The notes below the pieces were generated by a model, which was given only the letters and a program-made list of their open reading frames with translations, made no database searches and was not told the origin of the DNA. A stretch of 64,000 bases of DNA from an uncultured Alphaproteobacteria bacterium (lineage in GTDB: Bacteria > Pseudomonadota > Alphaproteobacteria > Rhodobacterales > Rhodobacteraceae): the NCBI GenBank assembly GCA_902614945.1, contig CACMNE010000007.1, forward strand, positions 1,235 to 65,234, read 5' to 3'. The position numbers and the translations under genes are program-made. Numbering within the stretch: the stretch's first letter is position 1; the number at the start of each line of letters is the position of its first letter. This document shows positions 28,508 to 41,144 of this stretch, in pieces.

Positions 28508-29263
28508 ATGGAACCATTTTTTTCAAATTTTGATATTGCACAATTAAGTCTTTACCTCTTTTGGGCATTTTTCATTGGTTTAGTTATTTATCTCCAAAAA
28601 GAAAATATGAGAGAGGGATATCCTTTGGAAAATGAGCAATCTAATACTGCTTATAATCAGGGGATGTATCCCTTACCTTCCCCCAAAACTTTCAAGCTTA
28701 TGCATGGGCGAGGGGAAGTGAACGTACCAAATGATAAAGGCGAAACAAGAAAACTAAAGCTAGAAATAAAGAATGTTGCAAATGGTTCTCCTCTTTATCC
28801 GACAGGTGATCCTATGGATGATGGATTGGGTGCAGCTGCTTGGGCTGAAAGAAGAGATGTTCCTGAGCTAGATGGTCATGGAAATCCTAAAATAAGGCCT
28901 ATGAGTAGCTTGAAAGGGTATGAAGTTTCGGCTGGTAAAGATCCAAGAGGTATGGATGTTATTTCTGCTGACAAAGTGACAGTTGGTAAAGTCACAGATA
29001 TGTGGATTGATGTACCGGAACAATTTGTCAGATATCTAGAACTTGAGTTAAAAGATGGAACAAAAAGACTACTACCAATGCCTTTGTCTAAAATCAATAG
29101 TAAGTCCGTTGATGTTCATTCATTATATGGTAAGCACTTTAAAAAAGTCCCAACTATAAAAAAATCAAAAGAAATTACTATGTTAGAGGAAGAAAAAGTA
29201 AGTGCTTATTATACAGGTGGTAAATTATATGCATCCTATGACAGGTTAGTATCACCAGTATAA
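28508..29263 (+). CDS. puhA: Photosynthetic reaction centre H subunit
   Basis: N-terminal TM helix followed by [16 protein letters not shown], then [36 protein letters not shown] and [16 protein letters not shown]. The ATG lies 2 nt after the pufM stop, with an SD inside the pufM 3' end. Confidence 0.95.
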   Translation: MEPFFSNFDIAQLSLYLFWAFFIGLVIYLQKENMREGYPLENEQSNTAYNQGMYPLPSPKTFKLMHGRGEVNVPNDKGETRKLKLEIKNVANGSPLYPTGDPMDDGLGAAAWAERRDVPELDGHGNPKIRPMSSLKGYEVSAGKDPRGMDVISADKVTVGKVTDMWIDVPEQFVRYLELELKDGTKRLLPMPLSKINSKSVDVHSLYGKHFKKVPTIKKSKEITMLEEEKVSAYYTGGKLYASYDRLVSPV

Positions 29264-29271
29264 ATTTATAA

Positions 29272-29306
29272 AAATAGCAGGAGAGATCTTTTCACTCCTG
29301 CTATTT
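29272..29306 (+). terminator. Stem-loop at the 3' end of the puf-puhA transcription unit
   Basis: AAATAGCAGGAG (29272..29283) pairs perfectly with CTCCTGCTATTT (29295..29306), giving 12 bp and an 11-nt loop. It begins 9 nt after the puhA stop. No clear trailing U-tract, so it may attenuate or stabilise rather than fully terminate before dxs. Confidence 0.6.
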
Positions 29307-29321
29307 ACTAAAGGGGGACAA

Positions 29322-31244
29322 ATGTCAAAACAAGCTATATTGGATAGAGTTAATTTTCCAAGTGATCTTAGAAATTTAACTGATGACGATCTTAATCACT
29401 TGGCTAATGAATTAAGACAAGAAACTATTTCAATTGTTTCTAAAACGGGTGGTCATCTAGGTTCTAGTCTTGGTGTTATAGAATTAACTATAGCGATACA
29501 TTCGGTATTTAACACTCCTTTCGATAAATTGATTTGGGATGTTAGTCATCAGTGTTATCCTCATAAAATTCTCACGGGTAGAAGAAAGGGCATGATGACA
29601 TTGAGACAAGATAAAGGCTTGTCGGGTTTTACTAAGAGAACTGAAAGTGAATACGACCCGTTTGGTGCAGCACATTCTTCAACATCAATTTCTGCAGCTT
29701 TAGGTTTCACTGTAGCTCGTGACCTAGGTTCTAGTGTAGGGGATTCAATTGCGGTAATTGGTGATGGATCAATAAGTGCTGGTATGGCTTATGAAGGTTT
29801 AAATAACGCAGGATCAGAAGGCAGGAGGTTATTTGTAATTTTAAATGATAATGAAATGTCTATAGCTCCCCCAGCAGGTGCAATGTCAAAGTATTTGTCC
29901 AGTTTATATGCTAATAATGAATTCTACAGTCTTACACAGTTAGCAGAAGGTTTAGCAAAAAATCTGCCTGGTCCATTACAAGAAGGTGCAAGACGTGCGA
30001 AAAGTATAATCACAGGCCTTGCTGCTGGTGGTACATTTTTTGAAGAATTAGGTTTTTCATACCTAGGTCCAATAGATGGTCATGATTTAAACCAATTATT
30101 ACCTGTGTTAAGAGCAGTTAAGGCAAGAGCAAAAGGCCCCATTTTAATACATTGTGTAACAAAAAAAGGAAAGGGTTATTATCCAGCAGAAAACTCTGCT
30201 GATAAATATCATGGGGTATCAAAATTTGATATTAGTTCCGGGGAGCAAAGTAAATCAAAACCTAATGCTCCTTCTTATACCTCTGTATTTGGAAAAGCCT
30301 TAGTAAGTGAAGCTTCTAGAGATCATCGTATTGTTGCTGTTACCGCTGCTATGCCATCTGGTACTGGAGTTAACCTTATGCAGAAAGAATATCCCCAAAG
30401 AACCTTTGACGTTGGTATTGCTGAACAACATGCGGTTACTTTTGCAGGAGGTATGGCGGCTGGTGGATTAAAGCCTTTTTGTGCAATTTATTCTACTTTT
30501 TTACAACGCGGATATGATCAAATTGTACATGATATAGCATTGCAAAATTTACCAGTGAGATTTGCAATAGATAGGGCAGGTCTAGTTGGTGCGGATGGAG
30601 CCACACATGCTGGTTCATATGATATAGCATATTTATCAAATTTACCTGGTTTCGTGGTTATGGCAGCGGCTGATGAACTTGATTTAATGAATATGGTTGC
30701 AACTGCAGCATCTTATAACGATGGTCCTATTGCATTTAGATATCCAAGAGGTGAAGGAGTAGGTATCGAATTACCTGAGAAAGGTACCCCTCTTGAAATA
30801 GGAAAAGGTCGAATGATAAAAGAAGGTAAAAGTGGCGTTGCTATTCTAAATTTTGGCGCACATTTATTGGAAGTTAAAGAGGCTGCCGAAATGTTATTAC
30901 AATCAGGAGTTGATATAACAATAGCAGATGCTAGATTTGCAAAACCACTAGATAAAAAACTAATTACTAATTTAGCGAAAAATCATTCAGCTTTGATATC
31001 AATAGAGGAAGGGGCTATTGGTGGTTTTGGTTCGCATGTATCCAATTTGCTAAGTGAGTCAGGACTCTTGGATGGAAAATTAAAATTTAGATCAATGTTT
31101 ATGTGTGATAAATTTATTGATCAAGGCAAACCTGAAAATATGTATAAAGAAGCTGGCTTAGGTGTGCAGGATATAGTAGATAAAGTGATGAGTTTGATGG
31201 GTGTTTCAGTAGTTAAATTCAAAAAAAATGATTTGTCAGCTTAA
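29322..31244 (+). CDS. dxs: 1-deoxy-D-xylulose-5-phosphate synthase
   Basis: 640 aa with the ThDP motif [18 protein letters not shown]...NDN and a transketolase-like C-terminus. Occupies the position downstream of the puf operon, as Rhodobacter dxsA does. Confidence 0.96.
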   Translation: MSKQAILDRVNFPSDLRNLTDDDLNHLANELRQETISIVSKTGGHLGSSLGVIELTIAIHSVFNTPFDKLIWDVSHQCYPHKILTGRRKGMMTLRQDKGLSGFTKRTESEYDPFGAAHSSTSISAALGFTVARDLGSSVGDSIAVIGDGSISAGMAYEGLNNAGSEGRRLFVILNDNEMSIAPPAGAMSKYLSSLYANNEFYSLTQLAEGLAKNLPGPLQEGARRAKSIITGLAAGGTFFEELGFSYLGPIDGHDLNQLLPVLRAVKARAKGPILIHCVTKKGKGYYPAENSADKYHGVSKFDISSGEQSKSKPNAPSYTSVFGKALVSEASRDHRIVAVTAAMPSGTGVNLMQKEYPQRTFDVGIAEQHAVTFAGGMAAGGLKPFCAIYSTFLQRGYDQIVHDIALQNLPVRFAIDRAGLVGADGATHAGSYDIAYLSNLPGFVVMAAADELDLMNMVATAASYNDGPIAFRYPRGEGVGIELPEKGTPLEIGKGRMIKEGKSGVAILNFGAHLLEVKEAAEMLLQSGVDITIADARFAKPLDKKLITNLAKNHSALISIEEGAIGGFGSHVSNLLSESGLLDGKLKFRSMFMCDKFIDQGKPENMYKEAGLGVQDIVDKVMSLMGVSVVKFKKNDLSA

Positions 31245-31267
31245 ATATCAGAACTTACTGTAATTAA

Positions 31268-31789
31268 TTATCCCAAAATATCATTAGAATATTTTTTCAT
31301 GTAAATTTTAAACCATTCTGTAAAAATTTTAGGAGATTTATCTATTTCTTTTAAAACTGATGTGATTGTCATCCATTTTGTAGACATTACTTCTTGGGGA
31401 TTTGGAACCATAACTATACTAGATGTTTTTGGAATTTCAGAAATAAAAACACTGACTACTTCATGCTCTATGAGGCTATTCCCCACATCAGCTTTATATT
31501 CGATTTCTTTACAAAATTTTAGATCTAAAGATTTTATATTAAGTTCTTCTTCAAGTCGTCTTATTGCACAATTATAAGAATCTTCACCCCAATGCGGATG
31601 AGTGCAAACCGTATTAGCCCAAAGACATGGGCTATGATATTTGGAAGCAGATCTCTGTTGTAATAAAATTTCATTGCCTTTTTTTAAGAAGACAGATACT
31701 GCTGGATGTTTGAGCCCTCTTTTATGAACTTCCAACTTGTCTACAGGAGATAGTATATTATCTTGCCACGCAGCAATTGGTTGGTTCAT
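31268..31789 (-). CDS. idi: Isopentenyl-diphosphate delta-isomerase, type 1 (Nudix)
   Basis: 173 aa with HRGLKHPAVSVF, CTHPHWGE and LIEHEV. The start overlaps the bchP stop. Confidence 0.9.
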   Translation of the reverse strand: MNQPIAAWQDNILSPVDKLEVHKRGLKHPAVSVFLKKGNEILLQQRSASKYHSPCLWANTVCTHPHWGEDSYNCAIRRLEEELNIKSLDLKFCKEIEYKADVGNSLIEHEVVSVFISEIPKTSSIVMVPNPQEVMSTKWMTITSVLKEIDKSPKIFTEWFKIYMKKYSNDILG

Positions 31790-32967
31790 GTTGTAGCTCT
31801 GATCAAGCCAGTCAAATGAAGTAAATTTTTGATCATTATTTTTAAATGAGCAGTAGGTTTCTTTGTGACTAACTTTTTATTCATATAAGATTCAAAAGTT
31901 AATCTTTGTACATCTTCATCTTTACATAAGCTAACAAATCTTTCCCTTCTTTCATCTGATTTGTAATAAGCATTTTGCATAGCTTCCAAAACTCTAAAAA
32001 CAGTTTTATGCTCAGACATAAATCTTTTTCTAGCTAATTTTAAAAATTTGGGATTTTTATATTTTATACATTCGTTTACTGCATATGCAGCTTCTTGACC
32101 ACCAATCATAGCATAATAGATACCTTCTCCAGACGATGGAGCAACCACCCCTGCAGCATCACCAGCTAAAACTAAGTCTTTTCCATTATCCCAATTATCA
32201 AGGGGTTTTAATGGGATAGGAGCACCTTCTTTTCTAATAGTATTACATTTATCTAAACCAGAGGTTTCTCTTATCTTAGCAGTAGCTTCCTTTAGGTCAA
32301 ATCCATTCTTCCCAGTACCCATACCTACGCTAGCTGATTTTCCGTGTGGAAATACCCAGCCATAAAAATCAGGCGATATTCTTCCATCATAAATTACATC
32401 ACATCTGTCTGGATCATATACTCCTCCTTTTGGTGCTTCAATTATTTCATGATAAGCAATCACGTAAGGAATGGTTTTACCTCCTGGCATTTCTGATCTA
32501 GCTACATCTGATCTAGCTCCATCAGCACCAATAACGAATCTTGATTTTAATTCAATTTCTTTTCTTGATTTTTTGTCCTTGAAAAAAACAGAAACTATAT
32601 CCTTTTCAGCTATTCTTTCTATCCTTAAAAAAGTTCCAGTAAAACGTTTTGCCCCTTTATTACTTGCCCTATTTCTGAGGAATTCGTCAAAATTTTCCCT
32701 TTCAACCATTCCAACATAGCCATTTTCTATAGGTATATCTACCGTCCTAGAGGTAGGGGAAATCATTCTTGCTGTTTTTATTTTTGCAACTATTTGACTT
32801 TCAGGTATATTGAAATCACGAATTAGTCTAGGTGGAACTGCCCCGCCGCAAGGTTTAATTCTTCCTTCGCGATCTATAAAGGCAACTTTACGATTTTGAA
32901 GAGCTAGCTCCATAGCTGCAGTAGCTCCTGATGGACCTCCACCAATTATTATAGCATCATATATCAT
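31786..32967 (-). CDS. bchP: Geranylgeranyl (bacteriochlorophyll) reductase
   Basis: FAD fold YDAIIIGGGPSGATAA and LAGDAAGVVAPSSGEGIYYAM. I prefer ATG 32967 (MIYDAII...), 1 nt after the upstream gene's stop. The track start at 33000 overlaps that gene. Confidence 0.93.
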   Translation of the reverse strand: MIYDAIIIGGGPSGATAAMELALQNRKVAFIDREGRIKPCGGAVPPRLIRDFNIPESQIVAKIKTARMISPTSRTVDIPIENGYVGMVERENFDEFLRNRASNKGAKRFTGTFLRIERIAEKDIVSVFFKDKKSRKEIELKSRFVIGADGARSDVARSEMPGGKTIPYVIAYHEIIEAPKGGVYDPDRCDVIYDGRISPDFYGWVFPHGKSASVGMGTGKNGFDLKEATAKIRETSGLDKCNTIRKEGAPIPLKPLDNWDNGKDLVLAGDAAGVVAPSSGEGIYYAMIGGQEAAYAVNECIKYKNPKFLKLARKRFMSEHKTVFRVLEAMQNAYYKSDERRERFVSLCKDEDVQRLTFESYMNKKLVTKKPTAHLKIMIKNLLHLTGLIRATT

Positions 32968-32968
32968 T

Positions 32969-34270
32969 TCATTTTCCACTATAAGATAAGTTGGCTGCAT
33001 TAGCAGGTATTATTATTAGCTTAGTCGCAAGAACAGCAGATGCCAAGAATAAAATACCCTCTAAGGTAAAAATTATTCCATATGAAAAAGCAGCATCTTT
33101 GGTTACACTTTGCAAGATATCTACAAATAGAGTAGAAAAAATCATAGCATTTCCAGCTGCTATTGCTTGACCAGCTCCCCATAAACCCATTCTTGTGCCT
33201 TCCCTTTGTTTAATGCCATATCCTGCGAGCTCCATCATTGATCCGATTGCTCCTACGGCAAAATTACCATTAAAGAAACCTAATAATGCAACTGAATAAT
33301 TTAAAGCATTTTTTGAAGGATAAATTTGTCCTAATATAGCGATTAATATAAGTGCAGAACCAGAACCAACACATCCAAAAAGTACCCAAAATCTCAAAGA
33401 ACCAAATTTAATTCCTGTTACAAAAAAACCAACAAGGATCATTCCCAATAGAATCCCACTTTGATGATATCCTGTAAGTTGAGTAGACTCACCCACTGAG
33501 AATTTAAATATTAAGCCAGCATAAGGTTCAAGTATCGGTTCTTGCATAAAATATGCTGTCATGGATAAAAAAACAAATATAGTAAACCATCTGGTGTTTT
33601 GTTCTAATAATACTTGTTTAAGTCCCTGATAGAAAGTAATGGAAACTGGTTCAAAGCGATCAAGAACTTTTTGTTTATGAGTATTTTCTAATTTGTATAA
33701 TGTTATAAATGATGTAATTATCCAAAATAAACTTATTATAGTTACAATTTTTAACAACTTTTCAATGGAATATGGGTCAATAATTTTACCTACAAATATT
33801 GCTGTAAAAGCAGCTCCAAAAATCATCATTATCCAAGTTATAGTAGCTGCTGCTGCTTTTTTACTATTATTAGTCCTGGTTGCTAAAAGAGCTAATAAAG
33901 ATGTACCAGAAGCACCAACACCAATTCCTATTAAGGTGTAAGCGAATATTGATATAGTTAAACCTAATAGGTAATTTTCTGGAATAAATAAAATACCAAT
34001 ACAAGCTAACACAGATCCAAGACATAAAATTATTACACCTATAATAATCCAAAAACTTCTATTACCACCTTTGTCAGACAAAAAACCCCAGTTTGGTCTA
34101 CTTATCTGAATAAAATAATGTAGTGATAAAAGAAGACCTGGAATAATTTGTAACAGTGAAAGTTCCACAACCATAACTCTATTAAAGGTCGAGGCTGCAA
34201 TAGATACAAGTGACCCTAATGCCATTTGGATAAATCCTAATCTGATGATTCCAAACCAAGAAAGGTACAT
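32969..34270 (-). CDS. PucC/LhaA-family (BCD) membrane protein, counterpart of Rhodobacter orf428
   Basis: 433 aa with about 12 TM helices, in the canonical position between bchG and bchP. Resembles the lhaA product at 46315..47748 in architecture. Confidence 0.82.
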   Translation of the reverse strand: MYLSWFGIIRLGFIQMALGSLVSIAASTFNRVMVVELSLLQIIPGLLLSLHYFIQISRPNWGFLSDKGGNRSFWIIIGVIILCLGSVLACIGILFIPENYLLGLTISIFAYTLIGIGVGASGTSLLALLATRTNNSKKAAAATITWIMMIFGAAFTAIFVGKIIDPYSIEKLLKIVTIISLFWIITSFITLYKLENTHKQKVLDRFEPVSITFYQGLKQVLLEQNTRWFTIFVFLSMTAYFMQEPILEPYAGLIFKFSVGESTQLTGYHQSGILLGMILVGFFVTGIKFGSLRFWVLFGCVGSGSALILIAILGQIYPSKNALNYSVALLGFFNGNFAVGAIGSMMELAGYGIKQREGTRMGLWGAGQAIAAGNAMIFSTLFVDILQSVTKDAAFSYGIIFTLEGILFLASAVLATKLIIIPANAANLSYSGK

Positions 34271-34271
34271 T

Positions 34272-35168
34272 TTAAAAATATCCTAAACCAGTGGCACTAA
34301 CCATCATCCCAATTACATATAAAAGCACTCCAGTGCCATTATACCAAGGGACTAATTTTTTTGGATCTCTAAGCATTTTTGACATAGCAACCAACTGGAT
34401 GCAAAGCAAAAAAAGTATAGTAAAAGCAATAAAATATATTTTTAAATAAATAAATATACTAATTACAGCAATCTGTCCTAATGACATAATTAGACAAGAA
34501 AGTAATCCTGCTTTTTTTAGACCTAGTGTGACTGGAAGTGAATTAATACCAAGCTTTTGATCTCCTTCTGTAGCTTTAAAGTCATTTAAAACCATAATAC
34601 CAAATGCTCCGAATGCGTAAAATCCAGCTACCAAAATTGTATTTATTGATGGAAATTGGGAAGTTAAAATTGCTACCCCAGTAAACCATGGTAACCCTTC
34701 GTAACAAAGCGCCACAATACTTGGACCAATGATTCCAGAGCGTTTTAATCTAATTGGTTCTGCCGAGTAAGCCCAAGCACAAGCTATCGCAAGTAGAGTG
34801 GCAAAAAACCCCCAAAAACCTAAAAACCAAGAAACTATAATCCCTGTAATTGACATAATTACAGCTATCCAAAATCCCCAACTTCCTGGCACCTTACCTG
34901 AAGGAATTGGTCTGCTTGGTTCATTGATTGCATCTACTTCTTTATCGCACCAATCATTTATAGCTTGGCTCATACCACAAACTATTGGCCCTGATAATAT
35001 TAATCCAATTAATAATAGCATAGATGTATCAAAAGAGATATTTGAGCTTGAAACTGCCCCGCAAAGAAATGCCCACATTGGAGGAAACCAGGTAATAGGT
35101 TTTATTAGAGTTATAATTGATGATATGGATGGGATGTTTTTATACGGATAATTTTCTAGGGAATTCAT
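34272..35168 (-). CDS. bchG: Bacteriochlorophyll a synthase (UbiA prenyltransferase)
   Basis: UbiA Asp-rich motif NDWCDKEVDAINEPSRPIPSG and a second motif, VLNDFKATEGD, with about 9 TM helices. Confidence 0.95.
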   Translation of the reverse strand: MNSLENYPYKNIPSISSIITLIKPITWFPPMWAFLCGAVSSSNISFDTSMLLLIGLILSGPIVCGMSQAINDWCDKEVDAINEPSRPIPSGKVPGSWGFWIAVIMSITGIIVSWFLGFWGFFATLLAIACAWAYSAEPIRLKRSGIIGPSIVALCYEGLPWFTGVAILTSQFPSINTILVAGFYAFGAFGIMVLNDFKATEGDQKLGINSLPVTLGLKKAGLLSCLIMSLGQIAVISIFIYLKIYFIAFTILFLLCIQLVAMSKMLRDPKKLVPWYNGTGVLLYVIGMMVSATGLGYF

Positions 35169-35202
35169 TTTAGCTTACTGGTTTGATGATTATTTTATAT
35201 GT

Positions 35203-36609
35203 CTACAAAAGGTTATACTTCCTCAGTTTAACATAAAGACTTTGGCGAGATAGATTAAGCATTTCAGCAGTTGCAACTCTATTATTTTTAGTCATTTTAA
35301 GTGCTGTTTCGATACATATTTTTTCAACGATATCACTTGTATCTGCTACTAAATCTTTTAAAGGAGCTGAGCCCACTAATTTCATGATTTTTTTGGTTGC
35401 TCTTTCACTAACTACATTTCCATTTGTGTTATTCTCACTTTCTGTTTCACTTTCATTAGGTCTGTGAGATATAAGGAAGCATATATAATCTCCGAAATTA
35501 TTTGAGGTTTTAGTACTTGTGATTTCTATATTAGTTTTGATTTCATAATTTGAAATTAACTGAGTTTTAAACGGCATTGTTGATCCATTTTCCAGTGTTG
35601 CCTCTATTAAAACTTTAATATCAATTATCCCACGAGCTAAAAAGTCAGAAAAAGGTCTTTCAATTAAAAATTGCTGGTTTTCAATTTTGCATAATGAAAC
35701 AAAACTATCATTTGCATATTTTATAGTTCCTAAACTATCGGTAAAAACAATTCCATAACGGGTATTATCATAGAATTTATTTAAAATATTATCTAATTCA
35801 CTTTCTTTTACTTTGATTTCGTTTTCTTTTTGTAATCGCACAATAATACAAACTTCATTTTCAGCTCTAAAAATTGACGATTGGAAATTAAAGTTGGTTT
35901 TATTTCTGATAATCTTATTTAAGTTATAGTTTTTAACAATTTCGTCAGATTTTAATAATTCAATGAATTCGTTATTATTTTTAAAATTAAAAAATTTTGA
36001 AAGATATGTTCCAACTAACTTTTCTCTTTTTTCATTTATAATTCTAGCTGCTGAATCATTTACATTTAAAATTTTTCCTTTAACGCCTTCTAGTAAAAAT
36101 AATGGCTCTTCTGAAAACTCAATTAAAGCTTTATATTTAGTTTCAAAACTTCTGTATCTTGAATATTCTCTTTCTAATGCTAGTTGAGAGTTTACAAACT
36201 TTTTTTGAATTTCTGCAACTGGAGATAGATCATTACCTATAAGAATAACATTTTTTTTATTTGCTGCTTTAAACCCTTTATATTTAACAGGAAATTCACC
36301 TGTTATTTCAGATATATGATTTAACTCAAACCATTTTGTACTAGATTGGCTTAAATCTGAAAGTGAAGTTAAATGAAAATTAAGTTTTTCTTTACTCTCA
36401 ATCGTTAAAAAATCGTAAATATTTTTATTAGCCCAACTGCTGAGATTTTTAAATATAGAGCCTGCTGGTGTCTTTATTTGTAAAATTGTACCCCTAGAAT
36501 CCAAAAATATGTTAATATCACCTAATTCTGATATTATATTTGTGTAGATATCGGATGTTGTGGAGTTTTCATAACCCTCAATAAATTCTTTTAGTTTATT
36601 GTCTTCCAA
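35203..36609 (-). CDS. ppsR: PpsR/CrtJ transcriptional repressor of photosystem genes
   Basis: 468 aa with PAS-like repeats and a C-terminal Fis-type HTH (NRVATAEMLNLSRQSLYVKLRKYNL) preceded by the conserved Cys (EKICIETAL). Located between bchG and ppaA. Apparent TTG start. Confidence 0.9.
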   Translation of the reverse strand: MEDNKLKEFIEGYENSTTSDIYTNIISELGDINIFLDSRGTILQIKTPAGSIFKNLSSWANKNIYDFLTIESKEKLNFHLTSLSDLSQSSTKWFELNHISEITGEFPVKYKGFKAANKKNVILIGNDLSPVAEIQKKFVNSQLALEREYSRYRSFETKYKALIEFSEEPLFLLEGVKGKILNVNDSAARIINEKREKLVGTYLSKFFNFKNNNEFIELLKSDEIVKNYNLNKIIRNKTNFNFQSSIFRAENEVCIIVRLQKENEIKVKESELDNILNKFYDNTRYGIVFTDSLGTIKYANDSFVSLCKIENQQFLIERPFSDFLARGIIDIKVLIEATLENGSTMPFKTQLISNYEIKTNIEITSTKTSNNFGDYICFLISHRPNESETESENNTNGNVVSERATKKIMKLVGSAPLKDLVADTSDIVEKICIETALKMTKNNRVATAEMLNLSRQSLYVKLRKYNLL

Positions 36610-36646
36610 TTTTAGAACTCTACATTAAGTCAAAGAATAAGCATTC

Positions 36647-37435
36647 TTAATTTATTTTTTTATACTTTAAACTCAGTTGTTTTAAAATCTCTTCAAGATT
36701 TTGTGTAATAAAATCAACCTTTAATTTATCGTTTGTTTGTTTATAGGTGTTTACAAGATTACCACCTAAAACGATTGGAGTTTTTCTCTCTACAATAGCA
36801 GATATTTTAGAAGATAAATTATTAATTTTTTCAATCATGAAATTATTAGCTGATGATATACCAATGAAATCGTAATTTCTTTCAAATAGTAAATTTTCCA
36901 ATTCATTTTTATTGAAGTCAAAAATTAAAAATGTGTCTATACCCATTCCACGTAGTTTCCTGGTTGCAGCAATACCACCGTAAGTATGATCTTCTCCCTT
37001 AGGTATTATAATTAAGGTCTTAGTTTTGTAGTATGCTGAATTAAGGAAGGAAATATATAGTGGTTCAAATTTTGAATTCAAAAACTGAATTTTACCTAAA
37101 GCTATTGTTACATTAGAAAACGAAATTTCATCTGCGACCCAGTCATCGCCTAATCTTTTGGCAATTGTTGGTAAATAAGAATCTAAGATAAGTTCTATCG
37201 AACGACCACATTTAATCAATTTATCAATTAATTTCTCGTTAATTTTTAAAGATTTTGATTTGATTGAAAAATAAAGATTATCTATATCATTATCAAAGTT
37301 AAGAGTACTAATCGGTTTACTTTTTTCTATTAATTTTTCTAAAGTCTCCAATACGAGTGGGTTTACAGTCGAAATGTTATCCACTCTTTTTAAACCTTTT
37401 GAGGAGCTCATTGCTTTATACCTTAATTTATGCAT
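36647..37435 (-). CDS. ppaA: PpaA/AerR cobalamin-binding antirepressor
   Basis: 262 aa with a C-terminal B12-binding-type Rossmann domain carrying a His-containing loop (IIPKGEDHTYGG). Canonical position upstream of ppsR and divergent from bchF. An alternative ATG at 37411 follows AAGG. Confidence 0.8.
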   Translation of the reverse strand: MHKLRYKAMSSSKGLKRVDNISTVNPLVLETLEKLIEKSKPISTLNFDNDIDNLYFSIKSKSLKINEKLIDKLIKCGRSIELILDSYLPTIAKRLGDDWVADEISFSNVTIALGKIQFLNSKFEPLYISFLNSAYYKTKTLIIIPKGEDHTYGGIAATRKLRGMGIDTFLIFDFNKNELENLLFERNYDFIGISSANNFMIEKINNLSSKISAIVERKTPIVLGGNLVNTYKQTNDKLKVDFITQNLEEILKQLSLKYKKIN

Positions 37436-37587
37436 CGATTCGTTGGAACTAATTACTTCTTCAATTAAAATCTAATTATTCAGAAAATAAAAATGGAACT
37501 CATTATTAAATAATTGGTGCTAGGATAGTTGACTTTTTTTATAAAATAACATGTTAATCTCTTAATTATGTTAAATTTTCAAAAAAA

Positions 37588-37605
37588 TGTCAAAGATTAT
37601 TGACA
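37588..37605. promoter_or_regulatory. PpsR-type palindrome overlapping a candidate ppaA promoter
   Basis: TGTCAAAGATTATTGACA. On the minus strand its TTGACA (37593..37588) is followed after 17 nt by CATAAT (37570..37565). Confidence 0.55.
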
Positions 37606-37755
37606 CTTTTACTTTTTTTGAAATTTATGTATTATATTTTCTCCTCCTTTTTAAGTGTGCTCAACAAATTAACCAATAAATATTGTATATTTTTTTATTT
37701 TATTGAGTGTAATTAAATAAATAATTACAATAAATTTTAAAAAAAATAAAATAAG

Positions 37756-37773
37756 TGTAAATTTTAGTTGACA
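37756..37773. promoter_or_regulatory. PpsR-type palindrome over the bchF -35 region
   Basis: TGTAAATTTTAGTTGACA. It lies inside a 22-nt stretch (37754..37775) identical to 20697..20718 in the bchC promoter, and it contains a perfect TTGACA. A weak -10 (TACTCT) follows after 16 nt. Confidence 0.65.
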
Positions 37774-37840
37774 CTTTTTGGTACTTTATTACTCTCAATA
37801 CCAGCAATTAAATAAATCTGGGGGTTTTAAAGTGCAAAAA

Positions 37841-41133
<3,293 letters not shown>

Positions 41134-41144
<11 letters not shown>

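Noticed and set aside
37627-37716. 29-aa ORF (MYYIFSSFLSVLNKLTNKYCIFFYFIECN) and other mini-ORFs of 7-11 aa in the ppaA-bchF spacer.
   Set aside because: None has an SD or any recognisable family, and all are consistent with chance in a 405-nt AT-rich region.
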